Below, one piece after another: positions 13,930 through 27,145 of a DNA stretch of 64,000 bases. A program made the translations under genes and the position numbers. The DNA lies in NCBI GenBank assembly GCA_002269645.1, contig NIVC01000169.1, positions 310,001 to 374,000 on the forward strand. The letters are read 5' to 3'. The notes below the pieces were generated by a model. The model was not told the origin of the DNA. It did not search any database and saw only the letters and a list, made by a program, of their open reading frames with translations. Source of the DNA: Macrostomum lignano (Eukaryota). The first letter of the stretch is position 1. Every line of letters begins with the position of its first letter.

Positions 13930-14425
13930 ATCTATCTATCTGACATTGCTGCCGATTGCCTATCTGACATTGCTGCCGATTGCCTATCTGACACTGCTGC
14001 CGATTGTCTATCTGACATTGCTGCAACTCTATCTGACATTGCTGCCGATTGCCTATCTGACATTGCTGCCGATTGCCTATCTGACATTTTTGCCGATTGT
14101 CTATCTGACATTGCTGCCGATTGCCTATCTGGCATTGCTGCCGATTGTCTATCTGACATTGCTGCCGATTGCCTATCTGACATTGCTGCCGATTGTCTAT
14201 CTGACATTGCTGCCGATTGTCTATCTGACATTTCTGCCGATTGCCTATCTGACATTGCTGCCGATTGTCTATCTGACATTGCTGCCGATTGTCTATCTGA
14301 CATTGCTGCCGATTGTCTATCTGACATTGCTGCCGATTGCCTATCTGACATTTCTGCCGATTGCCTATCTGACATTTCTGCCGATTGTCTATCTGACATT
14401 TCTGCCGATTGTCTGCCGATCTGAT
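13930..14425. repeat. 24-bp minisatellite (TATCTGACATTGCTGCCGATTGYC)n
   Basis: Direct periodicity; source of spurious QQCQIDNR/LPIAYLTL ORFs. Confidence 0.95.
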
Positions 14426-15852
14426 ATTTCTGCCAATTTTCAGAGCCTGTATTGTCATTCAACGCAGCCACAGGCATCTTGTTCAGCCGCTGCGCAATAT
14501 AAGAGCTGGTAACTGACTGACAGCGGGTGTTTAACCGCTGCTATCTTTAATTTTCCTATTGTGTTTAGAGCTGCCTGCCTGTCAGCTCAGAAAGATTTGA
14601 GTAACTCGCTGTTCAAAGGGTTAAAATAGCACAAATTTTCAGGCTCTGGGCTCGGGTCTCGTAAAGACAGCGTGTCAGCATCGTCTGTCAAACAGCTGTC
14701 AAAAAGCCTCACATCGTTGCAATTTTGTTGTTTCAAAGGAATCAAATGGAAGAGTTTAATATGTTAAGCTGTTGAGATTGTTTTACTAGTCAAATGAACT
14801 GTACCGCCCACCTGCGACTGAGGACTGCTGTCAAACCTGCAAGAGAAATGCTTGACTCAACTGGCTCAGGAAATTTTAATTACTATCAAGATAATGAGCA
14901 ATTGCACATTAACTACTTTTCTTAACTCTGCTCTGTCTCCTCTGCTCTCTCCCATCTCCAATCTTCTCACTTCTCTGTCCTCTCCCTCCTTTCTTACGTA
15001 ACGATCGTAAATCAGACTACTTTTTATCAGGCGTTACGAAAACGTTAAAATGGCTGGTGAAACCCAACGATCGATTTCTGTTCCAAATAAATGTAAAAAA
15101 ACTTCATCTAGTTTAGAATTTGCTGATTAAATAAACAAATTTTTTTATTCAGCAAAACGGCAACAAAAGCAACTGTTTGAGTTTAGATGTTTATTAATTT
15201 GCAAATCAGAGCCGAGAATTCATCGAATTTTCAATAAAAATCAGCGGGACAAATAAAAAATGGCTAAAATTGTACAGACTAAAAGGTTAAAGTTTTTTCA
15301 TATAATTTTCCGGCTTCATTTTGCTTTAAGGGGAAAGGCAATGTTTTTAGCAAAACAAGCAGGAGTGGCCTAGAAATTATTAGAGAGGAGGGGGATAGAG
15401 GGGAGAGAGGTGGACATGAGAAAGAAGGGGTGAGAAAAGAGAGAAATATAAACAGAGAGATGAGACAAAATAGAAAAGAGATAGAAGCAGAGATGAGACA
15501 TGATAGACAAGAGATAGAGACAGAGATGAGACATGATAGGAAATAGATAGAAACAGAGATGAGATGAGAATCACAATACACAGTAAAGTGATTTGCATCG
15601 CTAAAAAAGGTACCCTGCAACTCGTACGCATCAACAGCAAGAAGCGGACAGTGCTCAAATGTTCATATAGTAAGAGTAGAGACAGTTTTCGGTGAGTTCA
15701 ATTTAATTACAATTATAACAGATTAGCAATTTACCGTTAGGGTATCTATTAAAGTTAACTGACTATACCAGTGTGAGCTCTGGCATGCAGAGCGTCCTCA
15801 ATTTGCAGTTTTTATATTATAATAAAAATAAGTTCATCGATTCTGCAGACTC

Positions 15853-18800
15853 TCACGAATAGGAGGAGAACGCGGCTGGTGAACATTGGCCATGGAAATT
15901 CCACAGCATCTGGTGTTGAAGCTGCTGCTGCTGCTGCGGTGGTGGTGGCGCAGGCATCAGCGGCACCGGAGGCTTCGGCGGATCAGCGCGGTTGAGCGTC
16001 TCCACGATGGACCAAATGCGAGGCTTCTGCGGCAGCGGCGGCGGCACCTCTTCAAGCCTCCGTCGTTTCGCCTGAATCTCATCGCAATTGTCGGCCTCGT
16101 CTTCGTCTAGGAGGAGATGGCGCTCGTTGAAGTGAGATTTTATCGACTGAGAACCGGCTTCTGCTCTGCCTGGTGCAGCTTCCTGGTCTTCACAAGCCTC
16201 GCTGTCTTCCGGATCTTCATCATCCTCGTCATCGCCAGCATCGTGAGAGCCGGCCCTTGGCGTCCAAGTCATGCGATTCTCCTTCTTCAGTCGGCGACGA
16301 GCGTTCGCGAACCAGGTGGACACCTGCGGGATGTTGGTGAGGGGATCAGAGGGATTCAATGTTTTGTGATGTCAACTCGATCTTCGTCTCATCCCAGTGT
16401 GTTTGGCGCCACCGATCCCAGTGTGTTTGGCGCCACCGATCCCAGTGTGTTTGGCGCCACCGATCCCAGTGTCTTTGGCGCCACCGATCTCAGTGTGTTT
16501 GGCGCCACTGATAACAGTGTGTTTGGCGCCACTGATAACAGTGTGTTTGGCGCCACTGATAACAGTGTGTTTGGCGCCACCGATCCCAGTGTGTTTGGCG
16601 CCACTGATAACAGTGTGTTTTGCGACACTGATAACAGTGTGTTTGGCGCCACTGATAACAGTGTGTTTGGCGCCACTGATAACAGTGTGTTTGGAGCCAC
16701 TGATAACAGTGTGTTTGGCGCCACTGATAACAGTGTGTTTTGCGACACTGATAACAGTGTTGTTGCGCCACTGATAACAGTGTTGTTGGCGCCACTGATA
16801 ACAGTGTGTTTGGCGCCACTGATAACAGTGTGTTTGGCGCCACTGATAACAGTGTGTTTGGCGCCACTGATAACAGTGTGTTTGGCGCCACTGATAGCAG
16901 TGTGTTTGGCGCCACTGATAACAGTGTGTTTGGCGCCACTGATAACAGTGTGTTTGGCGCCACTGATAACAGTGTGTTTTGCGCCACTGATAGCAGTGTT
17001 GTTGGCGCCACTGATAACAGTGTGTTTGGCGCCACTGATAACAGTGTGTTTGGCGCCACTGATAACAGTGTGTTTGGCGCCACTGATAACAGTGTTGTTG
17101 GCGCTACTGATAACAGTGTGTTTGGCGCCACTGATAACAGTGTTGTTGGCGCCACTGATAACAGTGTTGTTGGCGCTACTTATCCAATTGTGTTTGGCAT
17201 CTAAAAATGGCTTTATTTCAGATCCCACATCGCAACTCGTGGGATGCATTCAAACAGCCTAAAACTAATAAAAGCTTGAAAATATATATTCATAAATCTA
17301 TCAGCTGCCGCAGACATCCCGAAAGAATGTTTTGAGCGCTACTCCGCTGCATCTGCAGCAGTTGTTGAAACGCTTGGGATAAAAAAGTGATCCGTTTCGC
17401 TGTGTTGATGCATTAATGCTATCCGTCCATAAGCGGTATTTTCAACGGCCCCTGAGCGACAAAGCGGAACAGCGGAATTGAGAAGTGTGCGACGCCCCAT
17501 GGTGCCAGTGTTTAACGCAGTTAAAATCCGAAAGTGATGGTTCCGGGGTATCGACTGACGAGCCGTGACAGCTGCCTCCCCAGCTGCCTCGTGAACATAA
17601 TGGCGGTGTGCATTTTTGCTTTATTCCAGAGTATTCTTCCGCGTCGTGATGTAACTGCCGCCCGAATTCAGCGCAAGCAATTCAGCTGACGTTTTTTTAT
17701 TTTTAGGAGATTGGCTAAATAATGCGCTCTCACGGCTTTGCTCATGACCGCACCGTAGCGTTGGGCCTGATGTTGTGCGCTCAAATCACTCCACACAGCA
17801 TCAACACAGCTATCTACTACCGTGTCTGATTGTGTAGATTACCGTGTCTGATTGTGTAGATTACCGTGTCTGATTGTGTAGATTACCGTGTCTGATTGTG
17901 TAGATTACCGTGTCTGATTGTGTAGATTACCGTGTCTGATTGTGTAGATTACCGTGTCCGATTGTGTAGATTACCGTGTCTGATTGTGTAGATTACCGTG
18001 TCTGATTGTCCAGATTACCGTGTCTGATTGTGTAGATTACCGTGTCTGATTGTGTAGATTACCGTGTCTGATTGTGTAGATTACCGTGTCTGATTGTGTA
18101 GATTACCGTGTCTGATTGTGTAGATTACCGTGTCTGATTGTGTAGATTACCGTGTCTGATTGTGTAGATTACCGTGTCTGATTGTGTATATTACCGTGTC
18201 TGATTGTGTAGATTACCGTGTCTGATTGTGTAGATTACCGTGTCTGATTATCCAGATTACCGTGTCTGATTGTGTAGATTACCGTGTCTGATTGTGTAGA
18301 TTACCGTGTCTGATTGTGTAGATTACCGTGTCTGATTGTCCAGATTACCGTGTCTGATTGTGTAGATTACCGTGTCTGATTGTGTAGATTACCGTGTCTG
18401 ATTGTGTAGATTACCGTGTCTGATTGTGTAGATTACCGTGTCTGATTGTGTAGATTACCGTGTCTGATTGTGTAGATTACCGTGTCTGATTGTCCAGATT
18501 ACCGTGTCTGATTGTGTAGATTACCGTGTCTGATTGTGTAGATTACCGTGTCTGATTATCCAGATTACCGTGTCTGATTGTGTAGATTACCGTGTCTGAT
18601 TGTGTAGATTACCGTGTCTGATTGTGTAGACTACCGTGTCTGATTGTGTAGATTACCGTGTCTGATTTCAACGCTTTACCATAACTTCATAAAAAAGCAT
18701 TGTCAAGATTTCTCAGCCGCATCTCTTTAGTCGGCTGTGTTCAATATAGAAAATGGTATAGACAATGAAGAGCTGCATACCTGTGTCAGACTCATGGCTG

Positions 18801-19916
18801 TCACTAGAGCCAGCATAACTTTCTCCCCTTTAGTCGGATAGGGATTCTTCCTGTGCTCGTTCAGCCAAGCCTTCAGCACGCTGGTTGTCTCTCTGGTAGC
18901 ATTCTTCCTCTTTGGCTGTAGGTAGGAGCCCACCGGCCCGCTGTAGCTTGCCGCTGCTGCTGCGGCCGCGGAGGCAGCGGCGGCGGCGGCTGCTGTCGAA
19001 GAGTTCGGCAAATCCGCGGGAGCTGCTAACGGCGCGGTGAACCGGGGGATCGCGCTGTAGCTTGACTGACCTGCGGCTGCTGCGGCTGCCACCGCCTGCT
19101 GTAGATGGCACCAGTCCTGAGCTGTCGGTGGATGGATTGATAGCTAGTTTGACTAACTCATCTGCTGGTAAATTGATAGCTAATGGAAGCACCGGGGCGT
19201 CATTCTCGGTCCTCTGTTCTCCCGGTCCCTCACCGGTGCTCTCTACTCCCGGTCCTTTACCACCGATGCTCTCTACTCCCAGTCCTTTACCACCGATGCT
19301 CTCTACTCCCGGTCCTTTACCACCGATGCTCTCTACTCCCGGTCCTTTACCACCGATGCTCTCTACTCCCAGTCCTTTACCACCGATGCTCTCTACTCCC
19401 GGTCCTTTACCACCGATGCTCTCTACTCCCGGTCCTTTACCACCGATGCTCTCTACTCCCAGTCCTTTACCTCCGGTACTCTCTACTCCCGGTCCTTTAC
19501 CACCGGTGCTCTCTACTCCCGGTCCTTTACCTCCGGTACTCTCTACTCCCGGTCCTTTACCACCGGTGCTCTCTACTCCCGGTCCTTTACCACCGGTGCT
19601 CTCTACTCCCGGTCCTTTACCTCCGGTACTCTCTACTCCCGGTCCTTTACCACCGGTGCTCTCTACTCCCGGTCCTTTACCTCCGGTACTCTCTACTCCC
19701 GGTCCTTTACCTCCGGTACTCTATACTCCCGGTCCTTCACGCAAGCAGATTATCAGCAGACACGCACAACTCACCAACAGACTCGGTGGTTACAGCAGAC
19801 AGGTGAAGGAAATCCCAGTTCTGAGTCGGCAGTCGTGGCGGAGGCGTCGGCATACCCGGCAGTCGCAGTGACCCGTGAGCAGATGCCAAACCGTTATTCC
19901 AGTTGCTGTCACTCAT
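15853..19916 (-). CDS. irx: Iroquois-class TALE homeobox transcription factor; complement(join 19916-19775, 19121-18781, 16323-15853), about 317 aa
   Basis: Homeodomain [44 protein letters not shown]|[20 protein letters not shown], then an acidic tract and IRO box ([10 protein letters not shown]). Donors GTGAGT and GTATGC; phases 1 and 0 match. First exon is less certain. Confidence 0.95.
16392..17195. repeat. 24-bp minisatellite (GGCGCCACTGATAACAGTGTGTTT)n in irx intron 2
   Basis: Direct periodicity; 1-2 nt indel variants shift the spurious ORFs. Confidence 0.95.
17815..18666. repeat. 22-bp minisatellite (TTACCGTGTCTGATTGTGTAGA)n in irx intron 2
   Basis: Period 22 (cgtgtctg at 17821 and 17843). 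Confidence 0.95.
19215..19740. repeat. 30-bp minisatellite (CCGGTCCTTTACCACCGRTGCTCTCTACTC)n in irx intron 1
   Basis: Direct periodicity. Confidence 0.95.
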
Positions 19917-20069
19917 GCTCCGCTTGCTAGATATTTAAAAATAACTTTAGCGCTTTCGCGGCTTTAATTGGCGTCGGACTGTCTACGGTGGCCAAGGTGC
20001 TAAAATTGGAGCAATTTAAACGTGCCAGTAGCAAATTTTACATCGAATAATAGCTATAGGACGGCAGCT

Positions 20070-20120
20070 CACAGGCCGCTGATTGGCTGCGGCTAATTTG
20101 GGGTGCCAACCAATGAGGGA
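20070..20120. promoter_or_regulatory. Pair of oppositely oriented CCAAT boxes upstream of irx
   Basis: CTGATTGGCT near 20078 and AACCAATGAG near 20108, 160-200 bp upstream of the proposed ATG. Confidence 0.35.
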
Positions 20121-20389
20121 GCGTCTTACCAGTGGCGCGTGTCATGTTTAAACAGTACGGCGACATGCTTATGCGTTCTACATTATGCAATAGGCATTAA
20201 ACATGAAAATTATTAATGTGGGGTCATGTAGAACAGCTCTGACAGTAATTGGTTATTTACTGGGCATCTCTACTATCCAGGGGCGTAGCCAGGGTTTTTA
20301 TGGAGGGCGCGTCTTTGCGGGCGCCACTTACTGGCAACACTTTAGGAAGCGCCATTTTAATGAAGTGGCGCCAATTTACTGTAGGGTGT

Positions 20390-20735
20390 GCCAGTTTACT
20401 GTAGGGTGCTCCGGTTTAGTGTGTAGGGTGCTCCGGTTTACTGTAGGGTGCGCCGGTTTAGTGTGTAGGGTGCGCCGGTTTAGTGTATAGGGTGCGCCGG
20501 TTTAGTGTGTAGGGTGCTCCGGTTTAGTGTGTAGGGTGCTCCGGTTTAGTGTGTAGGGTGCGCCGGTTTAGTGTGTAGGGTGCGCCGGTTTAGTGTGTAG
20601 GGTGCGCCGGTTTAGTGTGTAGGGTGCGCCGGTTTAGTGTGTAGGGTGCGCCGGTTTAGTGTGTAGGGTGCGCCGGGGGCGCCAGCACAGGGGACGCCAG
20701 CACCGGGGACGCCAGCACAGGGGACGCCAGCACCG
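20390..20735. repeat. 22-bp (GGTTTAGTGTGTAGGGTGCKCC)n followed by 16-bp (GGGGACGCCAGCACMG)n
   Basis: Direct periodicity. Confidence 0.85.
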
Positions 20736-21549
20736 GGGAAGGCCGCTCTGCACCGGCTCCTTCTACATCTAAATCCCACAGCTCTGCATGAGTAGGTACG
20801 CGAACACTAAATTTAGGTTATGTAACAGCTACGAACGCCAGGTATTTATTGACACAAATATTCGCAAGCGCTCTCGCTGATAGAAACTGCCCCGGCGGCT
20901 TAATTCCCAGATTTTCACTCACTTCTCATTCGAATCTTAATCTAATCAGTTTGGGAGAGAGGGGAATTAGCGCAGGTGAATGCTATATAATATTATTCAC
21001 AGTGCAATATAATCAACATAACTTTTAGTGCTGTTATTGTTGAAACAATTTACTCTCAATAAAGCCAGGCTTTGAGCAGGGATATAGTTCGTTTAGTGGG
21101 CTGTTATTTAAGCCGCAGCACGTTGAGAAATATAGAGGGTCCTGAACAGTGTTACGCGACTATTAACACCTATCAGTCTGCCTGCCGCCCCCGACCCCGT
21201 AGGCATTAGGGTGACAATTTTCGCACCTTATTAGAGAGCGAGAGATCCAGCCTAATTGCCAAAGCAACCGGCAGGCAGAGTTCTCCGTTTTTTATATTGA
21301 TCGGGCATTGTTTAAAAAATGATAGAATTAAGCAATATCATCGGCAATTAACAATTATAGCAAGATGTGAGCCAGAGTTTTAATTTTTTGACGCGCATTT
21401 TAGGGGTGGCTGCATTTTAAATATTGTCACGTGACTCATCGTGTAGGATGAATTGTGCTTTTACTGCTCTGTTAGATACTAAGGTACACAATTAAGACAT
21501 TTACGGCTCGCAAATAGCCTAGAACAGCTAGCTGAAATAAGATATGCAC

Positions 21550-22025
21550 TACCTACTTTTATCTAGGTGATATAGACATCTACCTATCTTTATCTAGGTG
21601 ATATAGACATCTACCTATCTTTATCTAGGTAATAGACATCTACCTATCTTTATCTAGGTGATATAGACATCTACCTATCTTTATCTAGGTGATATAGACA
21701 TCTACCTATCTTTATCTAGGTGATATAAACATCTACCTATCTTTATCAAGGTGATATAGACATCTACCTATCTTTATCTAGGTAATAGACATCTACCTAT
21801 CTTTATCTAGGTGATATAGACATCTACCTATCTTTATCTAGGTGATATAGACATTTACCTACCTTTATCTAGGTAATTTAAAAATCAATTTACCTTTATC
21901 CAGGTAATAGACATCTACCTAAATTTATCTAGGTAATAGACATCTGCCTACCTTTATCTAGGTAATATAGACATCTAACTACCTTTAGGTGATTTAGACA
22001 TCTGCCTATCTTTATCTAGATAATG
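21550..22025. repeat. 29-31-bp minisatellite (CTACCTATCTTTATCTAGGTGATATAGACAT)n
   Basis: Direct periodicity, decaying rightwards. Confidence 0.9.
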
Positions 22026-22484
22026 TCTACCATAAACTCACCAGGAAATTTATCTTGCCTATCAACTTTTTGTGAAAAAAATTAACTTCCATTCATCCGT
22101 TTTTCATGTTTATAATATTCAACAAAACAATAAACGGTGGTCACTACTGACAATAGAATTAGTACAGTTGCTCATTTTAAGGAGTGTTTAAAATTTTAAT
22201 TTTGTTGAAATGAATTATTTTTGCTTAAGTTTAACAGATTCAAATTGAGAAATTGTTATTTCAATTTGATTTTATTTGTAACGAAAGCCGCATTTTGATA
22301 TGTTTAGCGTTCGCGGTCAAACATGCTCAATGGTTGACTTTCTTTATTCGAAAGCAAATTTGTGTGCAAAGGAAAATAGTTGAGTAGAAAAGAACGGGTG
22401 AATTACAAGGTGAGCAGGAGAAGGGTTGAGAAAAGGAGAGAAAAGTTATTGTAGATGGGAATGTAGGGTGAAGGATTGGATGCA

Positions 22485-22660
22485 GACAGGGATGGGAGAT
22501 GCAGGGATGGGAGATGCAGGGATGGGAGATGCAGGGATGGGAGATGCAGGGATGGGAGATGCAGGGATGGGAGATGCAGGGATGGGAGATGCAGGGATGG
22601 GAGATGCAGGGATGGGAGATGCAGGGATGGGAGATGCAGGGATGGGAGATGCAGGGGTGC
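22485..22660. repeat. 15-bp minisatellite (GGGATGGGAGATGCA)n just 3' of the FGase-like stop codon
   Basis: Direct periodicity. Confidence 0.95.
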
Positions 22661-22673
22661 AGGTCGGGAGGGC

Positions 22674-25600
22674 TCAGGCGTAGCCGTTGGCCCTGGCAAA
22701 CAGCCCGATGGTGGCAGCCAGGTGGCGGCTGAAGCGGTCCCGTTCGGCCTCGCTGGCGTACATCACCGCCTGGGTGATCTCAACCTGCATTGAGTCGAAC
22801 TCGCCGCCAGTCAATGAGCCGTACTGCCGAGTGATGAAGCCGCCAGAGTAGTAGCCTCCAGTCTCGGGGGCGGGCACGCTGGCGCTTGGCACAACCCGAT
22901 AGCCAAAGCTGTTCAACAGGCTGCCGAAGCTCCGGTCGCCGATGATGAACTTGCGGGCGGACAACGAACTCGCGGAATCGCGGGAGGAGCGGCCGACCAG
23001 GCCGCGGATGCTGGTGCTGGCAGCTGGGTACTGGCCGCTGTTCAGCTGCGACTTTCTCAGCCTGCGGTGTTCGGGTGAGTCACCAGCTCACACTGGCACA
23101 GTCACCAACTATAGCCTTTTTCTCATTCACCAGCTAGCTTAGCTCATTCACCAACTCTAGCTCAGTTCATTCACCAACTCTAGCTTAGCTCATTCACCAA
23201 CTCTAGCTCAGTTCATTCACCAACTCTAGCTTAGCTCATTCACCAACTCTAGCTCAGCTCATTCACCAACTCTAGCTCAGTTCATTCACCAACTCTAGCT
23301 TAGCTCATTCACCAACTCTAGCTCAGCTCATTCACCAACTCTAGCTCAGTTCATTCACCAACTCTAGCTCAGTTCATTCACCAACTCTGGCTTAGTTTAT
23401 TCACCAACTCTAGCTCAGTTCATTCACCAACTCTAGCTCAGTTCATTCACCAACTCTAGCTCAGTTCATTCACCAACTCTAGCTCAGCTCATTCACCAAC
23501 TCTAGCTCAGTTCATTCACCAACTCTAGCTTAGTTTATTCACCAACTCTAGCTTAGCTCATTCACCAACTCTAGCTCAGTTCATTCACCAACTCTAGCTC
23601 AGTTCATTCACCAACTCTAGCTTAGCTCATTCACCAACTCTAGCTCAGCTCATTCACCAACTCTAGCTCAGTTCATTCACCAACTCTAGCTCAGCTCATT
23701 CACCAGCTAGCTTAGCTCATTCACCAACTCTAGCTCAGTTCATTCACCAGCTAGCTTAGCTCATTCACCAACTCTAGCTTAGCTCATTCACCAACTCTAG
23801 CTCAGCTCATTCACCAACTCTAGCTCAGTTCATTCACCAGCTAGCTTAGCTCATTCACCAACTCTAGCTTAGCTCATTCACCAACTCTAGCTCAGTTCAT
23901 TCACCAACTCTAGCTTAGCTCATTCACCAACTCTAGCTCATTCATTCACCAACTCTAGCTCAGCTCATTCACCAACTCTAGCTCAGCTCATTCACCAACT
24001 CTAGCTCAGTTCATTCACCAGCTAGCTTAGCTCATTCACCAACTCTAGCTTAGCTCATTCACCAACTTTAGCTCAGCTCATTCACCAACTCTAGCTCAGT
24101 TCATTCACCAGCTAGCTTAGCTCATTCACCAACTCTAGCTTAGCTCATTCACCAACTCTAGCTCAGCTCATTCACCAACTCTAGCTCAGTTCATTCACCA
24201 GCTAGCTTAGCTCATTCACCAACTCTAGCTTAGCTCATTCACCAACTCTAGCTCAGTTCATTCACCAACTATACCTTAGCTTATTCACAAACTCATTCAC
24301 CACCCCAGACGCACAGGTAGCCAATCTCAGTCCAGTTCTGCGGATGATGCTGCCCGTGAATGTCGAGCAAGAGTCCGCGGCCCCGGCAGCTCCGCCGCAC
24401 GGCATCAACGGCCTGCCTCACGAAGCCATGGTAACTGTCGTAGACTCGCTTGGCAGCCGGGTCGCACTGGATGCCTGCTCGTTTGGGATTGACGCGGGAC
24501 AACAGCGCTTTTCAGCATCTTCAATGCTCGAATCTTTCAACCCCCAGCTCCTTTGATCTCCAGATCCCGAGATCGCCAGATCCCCAGATCGCCAGATCGC
24601 CAGATCCCCAGATCGCCAGATCCCCAGATCGCCAGATCGCCAGATCCCCAGATCGCCAGATCCCCAGATCGCCAGATCGCCAGATCCCCAGATCGCCAGA
24701 TCCCCAGATCGCCAGATCGCCAGATCGCCAGATCCCCAGATCCCCAGATCGCCAGATCCCCACATCGCCAGATCGCCAGATCCCCAGATCCCCAGATCGC
24801 CAGATCCCCAGATCCCCCCCAGATCCCCAGATCGCCAGATCGCCAGATCCCCAGATCCCCAGATCCCCTGATCCCCAGATCCCCAGATCCCCAGATCCCC
24901 AGATCCCCAGATCGCCAGATCCCCAGATCGCCAGATCGCCAGATCGCCAGATCCCCAGATCCCCAGATCGCCAGATCCCCACATCGCCAGATCGCCAGAT
25001 CCCCAGATCCCCAGATCGCCAGATCCCCAGATCCCCCCCAGATCCCCAGATCGCCAGATCCCCAGATCCCCAGATCCCCTGATCCCCTGATCCCCAGATC
25101 CCCAGATCCCCAGATCCCCAGATCCCCAGATCCCCAGATCCCCAGATCCCCAGATCCCCAGATCCCCAGATCCCCAGATCCCCAGATCCCCAGATCCCCA
25201 AATCCCCAGATCCCCAGATCCCTAGATCCCCAGATCCCCAGATCCCCAGATCCCCAGATCCCCAGATCCCCCAGATCCCCGGATCCGCAGATCGCCAGAT
25301 CCTCAGATCCCCAGAGCCCCAGATCCGCAGAACCCCAGATTCCCAGATCCCAGATAATCAGATTCCTAGAGCCCCAGATCCCCAGATCCCCAGATCCCCA
25401 GATCCGCAGATCGCCAGAGCCCCAGATCGCCATATTCCCAGATCCCAAGATCCCCAGATCCCCAGATCGCCAGATCGCCAGATCCCCAGATCCCCAGATC
25501 CCCAGATCCCCAGATCCTCTCCAGATTCCCAGATCCGCAGATCGCCAGATCCCCAGATCCCCAGATCGCCAGATCCCCAGATCGCCAAATCCCCAGATCC

Positions 25601-26042
25601 TAAGATCCCCAGACCCCGCGGTCTAATACAGCAATGAGCAGCACAAAGGTCAGCTGTCACCCTCGGACAGAGTCGGGCCGCCCCTATTCGGGTCCATCTT
25701 CATCCGGTCCATGTGATTGGCAATGAGGTGCGGCCGCAGCCCGTCCTCAGTCAGGTAGTCCCGCACGGCCGTGGCGATCTCCCGGGTATTGGGATCGCCG
25801 TACAGTAGTGCCCTGCAGCTGGAGCCCGGGCAGGTGGCATTCCACCTGCAGTCACCGTCGGCAGTCTCGCAGCCAACAGCTCGCCGATCTGAGATCCAAT
25901 CGGGCCTCTGCCTGCCGCCGTGAGGAGCGCTGAGCACGATGCAGGCTGAGCCGGGGGAATACTGCACCTGACCATCCGGATCCCACCTGTCTGAAGCCGT
26001 TGACAGGGCAACGATCAGCAGCAAAACTATCGGGCAAAACAT
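22674..26042 (-). CDS. Secreted N-formylglutamate amidohydrolase (FGase)-like putative metallohydrolase; complement(join 26042-25661, 24474-24315, 23061-22674), 309 aa
   Basis: Signal-like MFCPIVLLLIVALSTA; motifs VLSAPHGG, GDPNT, PHLIANHMDRMKMDPNR, LLLDIHGQ, EIGYL, YYSGGFITRQYG and DSMQVE resemble the FGase family (PF05013). Exon lengths 382+160+388 = 930 with matching phases 1 and 2. Family assigned from motif recall only. Confidence 0.8.
23105..24295. repeat. 23-bp minisatellite (TTCATTCACCAACTCTAGCTCAG)n filling FGase-like intron 2
   Basis: Period 23 (cattcacc at 23145 and 23168), with higher-order variant blocks. Confidence 0.95.
24555..25615. repeat. GATC-rich satellite (CCCCAGATC / GCCAGATC)n in FGase-like intron 1
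   Basis: Mixed 8/9-bp units. Confidence 0.95.
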
Positions 26043-26474
26043 TTTTAATTTCTCTTTAGTAACAACTCTGAGTATAGTTAGTCGCATTGAAGTCAAATTC
26101 GAAGGTTGGTCTGGATACTCTAGTTAGCCCAGGGTGTTTATACTGGCGGCAGTTAGCGCTCGCGGTAATCAATGTTCACAGCGCAATAGAGATATATAAG
26201 TGTATGTACAATTGTACATTGTCGGTATTTTTATCTGCTTTATAAAAAACTCGAGCTTATCAAAAAACATTTTTGAATGCTTGAATTCTATGGAATAGGC
26301 ATGGCTTCTGTCGCATGAGCAGTCAGTTTGTTTTGATTGCTATTTATAGGCAGGACGACATTCGCCAAGTTTCTAGAGAAAATGAACTGGTTCCTTACTG
26401 TGTTAGTTCCGACTGCATTCTGTTCCCCAATTCTGCATACCAATGATTGATAGGGAGCCTATGCTACTTTACTG

Positions 26475-27145
26475 AGGATCTGGTGATCTGGGAATCTGGG
26501 GATCTGGTGATCTAAGGAACTGGGGATCTGAGGATCTGGGGATCTGGGGATCTGGTGATCTGGTGATCTGGGGATCTGGTGATCTAAGGAACTGGGGATC
26601 TGAGGATCTGAGGATCTGGCGATCTGGGGATCTGGTGATCTGGTGATCTGGGGATCTGGTGATCTGGGAATCTGGGGATCTGGTGATCTAAGGAACTGGG
26701 GATTTGAGGATCTGGGGATCTGGGGATCTGGTGATCTGGGGATCTGGGGATCTGGTGATCTGGGAATCTGGGGATCTGGTGATCTAAGGAACTGGTGATC
26801 TGGGGATCTGATGATCTGGGGATCTAGTGATCTAAGGATCTGGTGATCTAGTGATCTAGTGATCTAGTGATCTAGTGCTCTAGTGATCTGGGGATCTGAT
26901 GATCTGGGAATCTGGAAATCTGGGGATCTGGTGATCTAAGGATCTGGGAATCTGGGGATCTGGTGATCTAAGGATCTGGGAATCTGGGGATCTGGTGGTC
27001 TGTGGCTCTGAGGATCTGGGGCTCTGAAGATCTGGGGATCTGAGGATCCGGGGCTCTGAGGATCTGGGGATCTGAGGATCTGGGGCTCTGAGGATCTGGG
27101 GATCTGGGGCTCTGAGGATCTGGGGCTCTGGTGATCTCGAGATCT
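26475..27145. repeat. Same GATC satellite in inverted orientation (GATCTGGGG)n
   Basis: Reverse complement of the 24555-25615 unit; more diverged. Confidence 0.9.

Noticed and set aside
13874-14512. Cys/Gln-rich or hydrophobic repeat proteins in three frames
   Set aside because: Simultaneously open frames over a 24-bp array with no splice or start support.
16117-17262. 381-aa plus-strand ORF and overlapping repeat ORFs
   Set aside because: Antisense to irx exon 3 plus read-through of an intronic array.
19062-19871. Proline-rich extensin-like ORF ([10 protein letters not shown])n
   Set aside because: Antisense to irx across its intron 1 array.
24418-25660. GSGDLGIW / RSPDPQIP repeat ORFs resembling RS or collagen-like proteins
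   Set aside because: Translation of the GATC satellite inside a well-defined intron.
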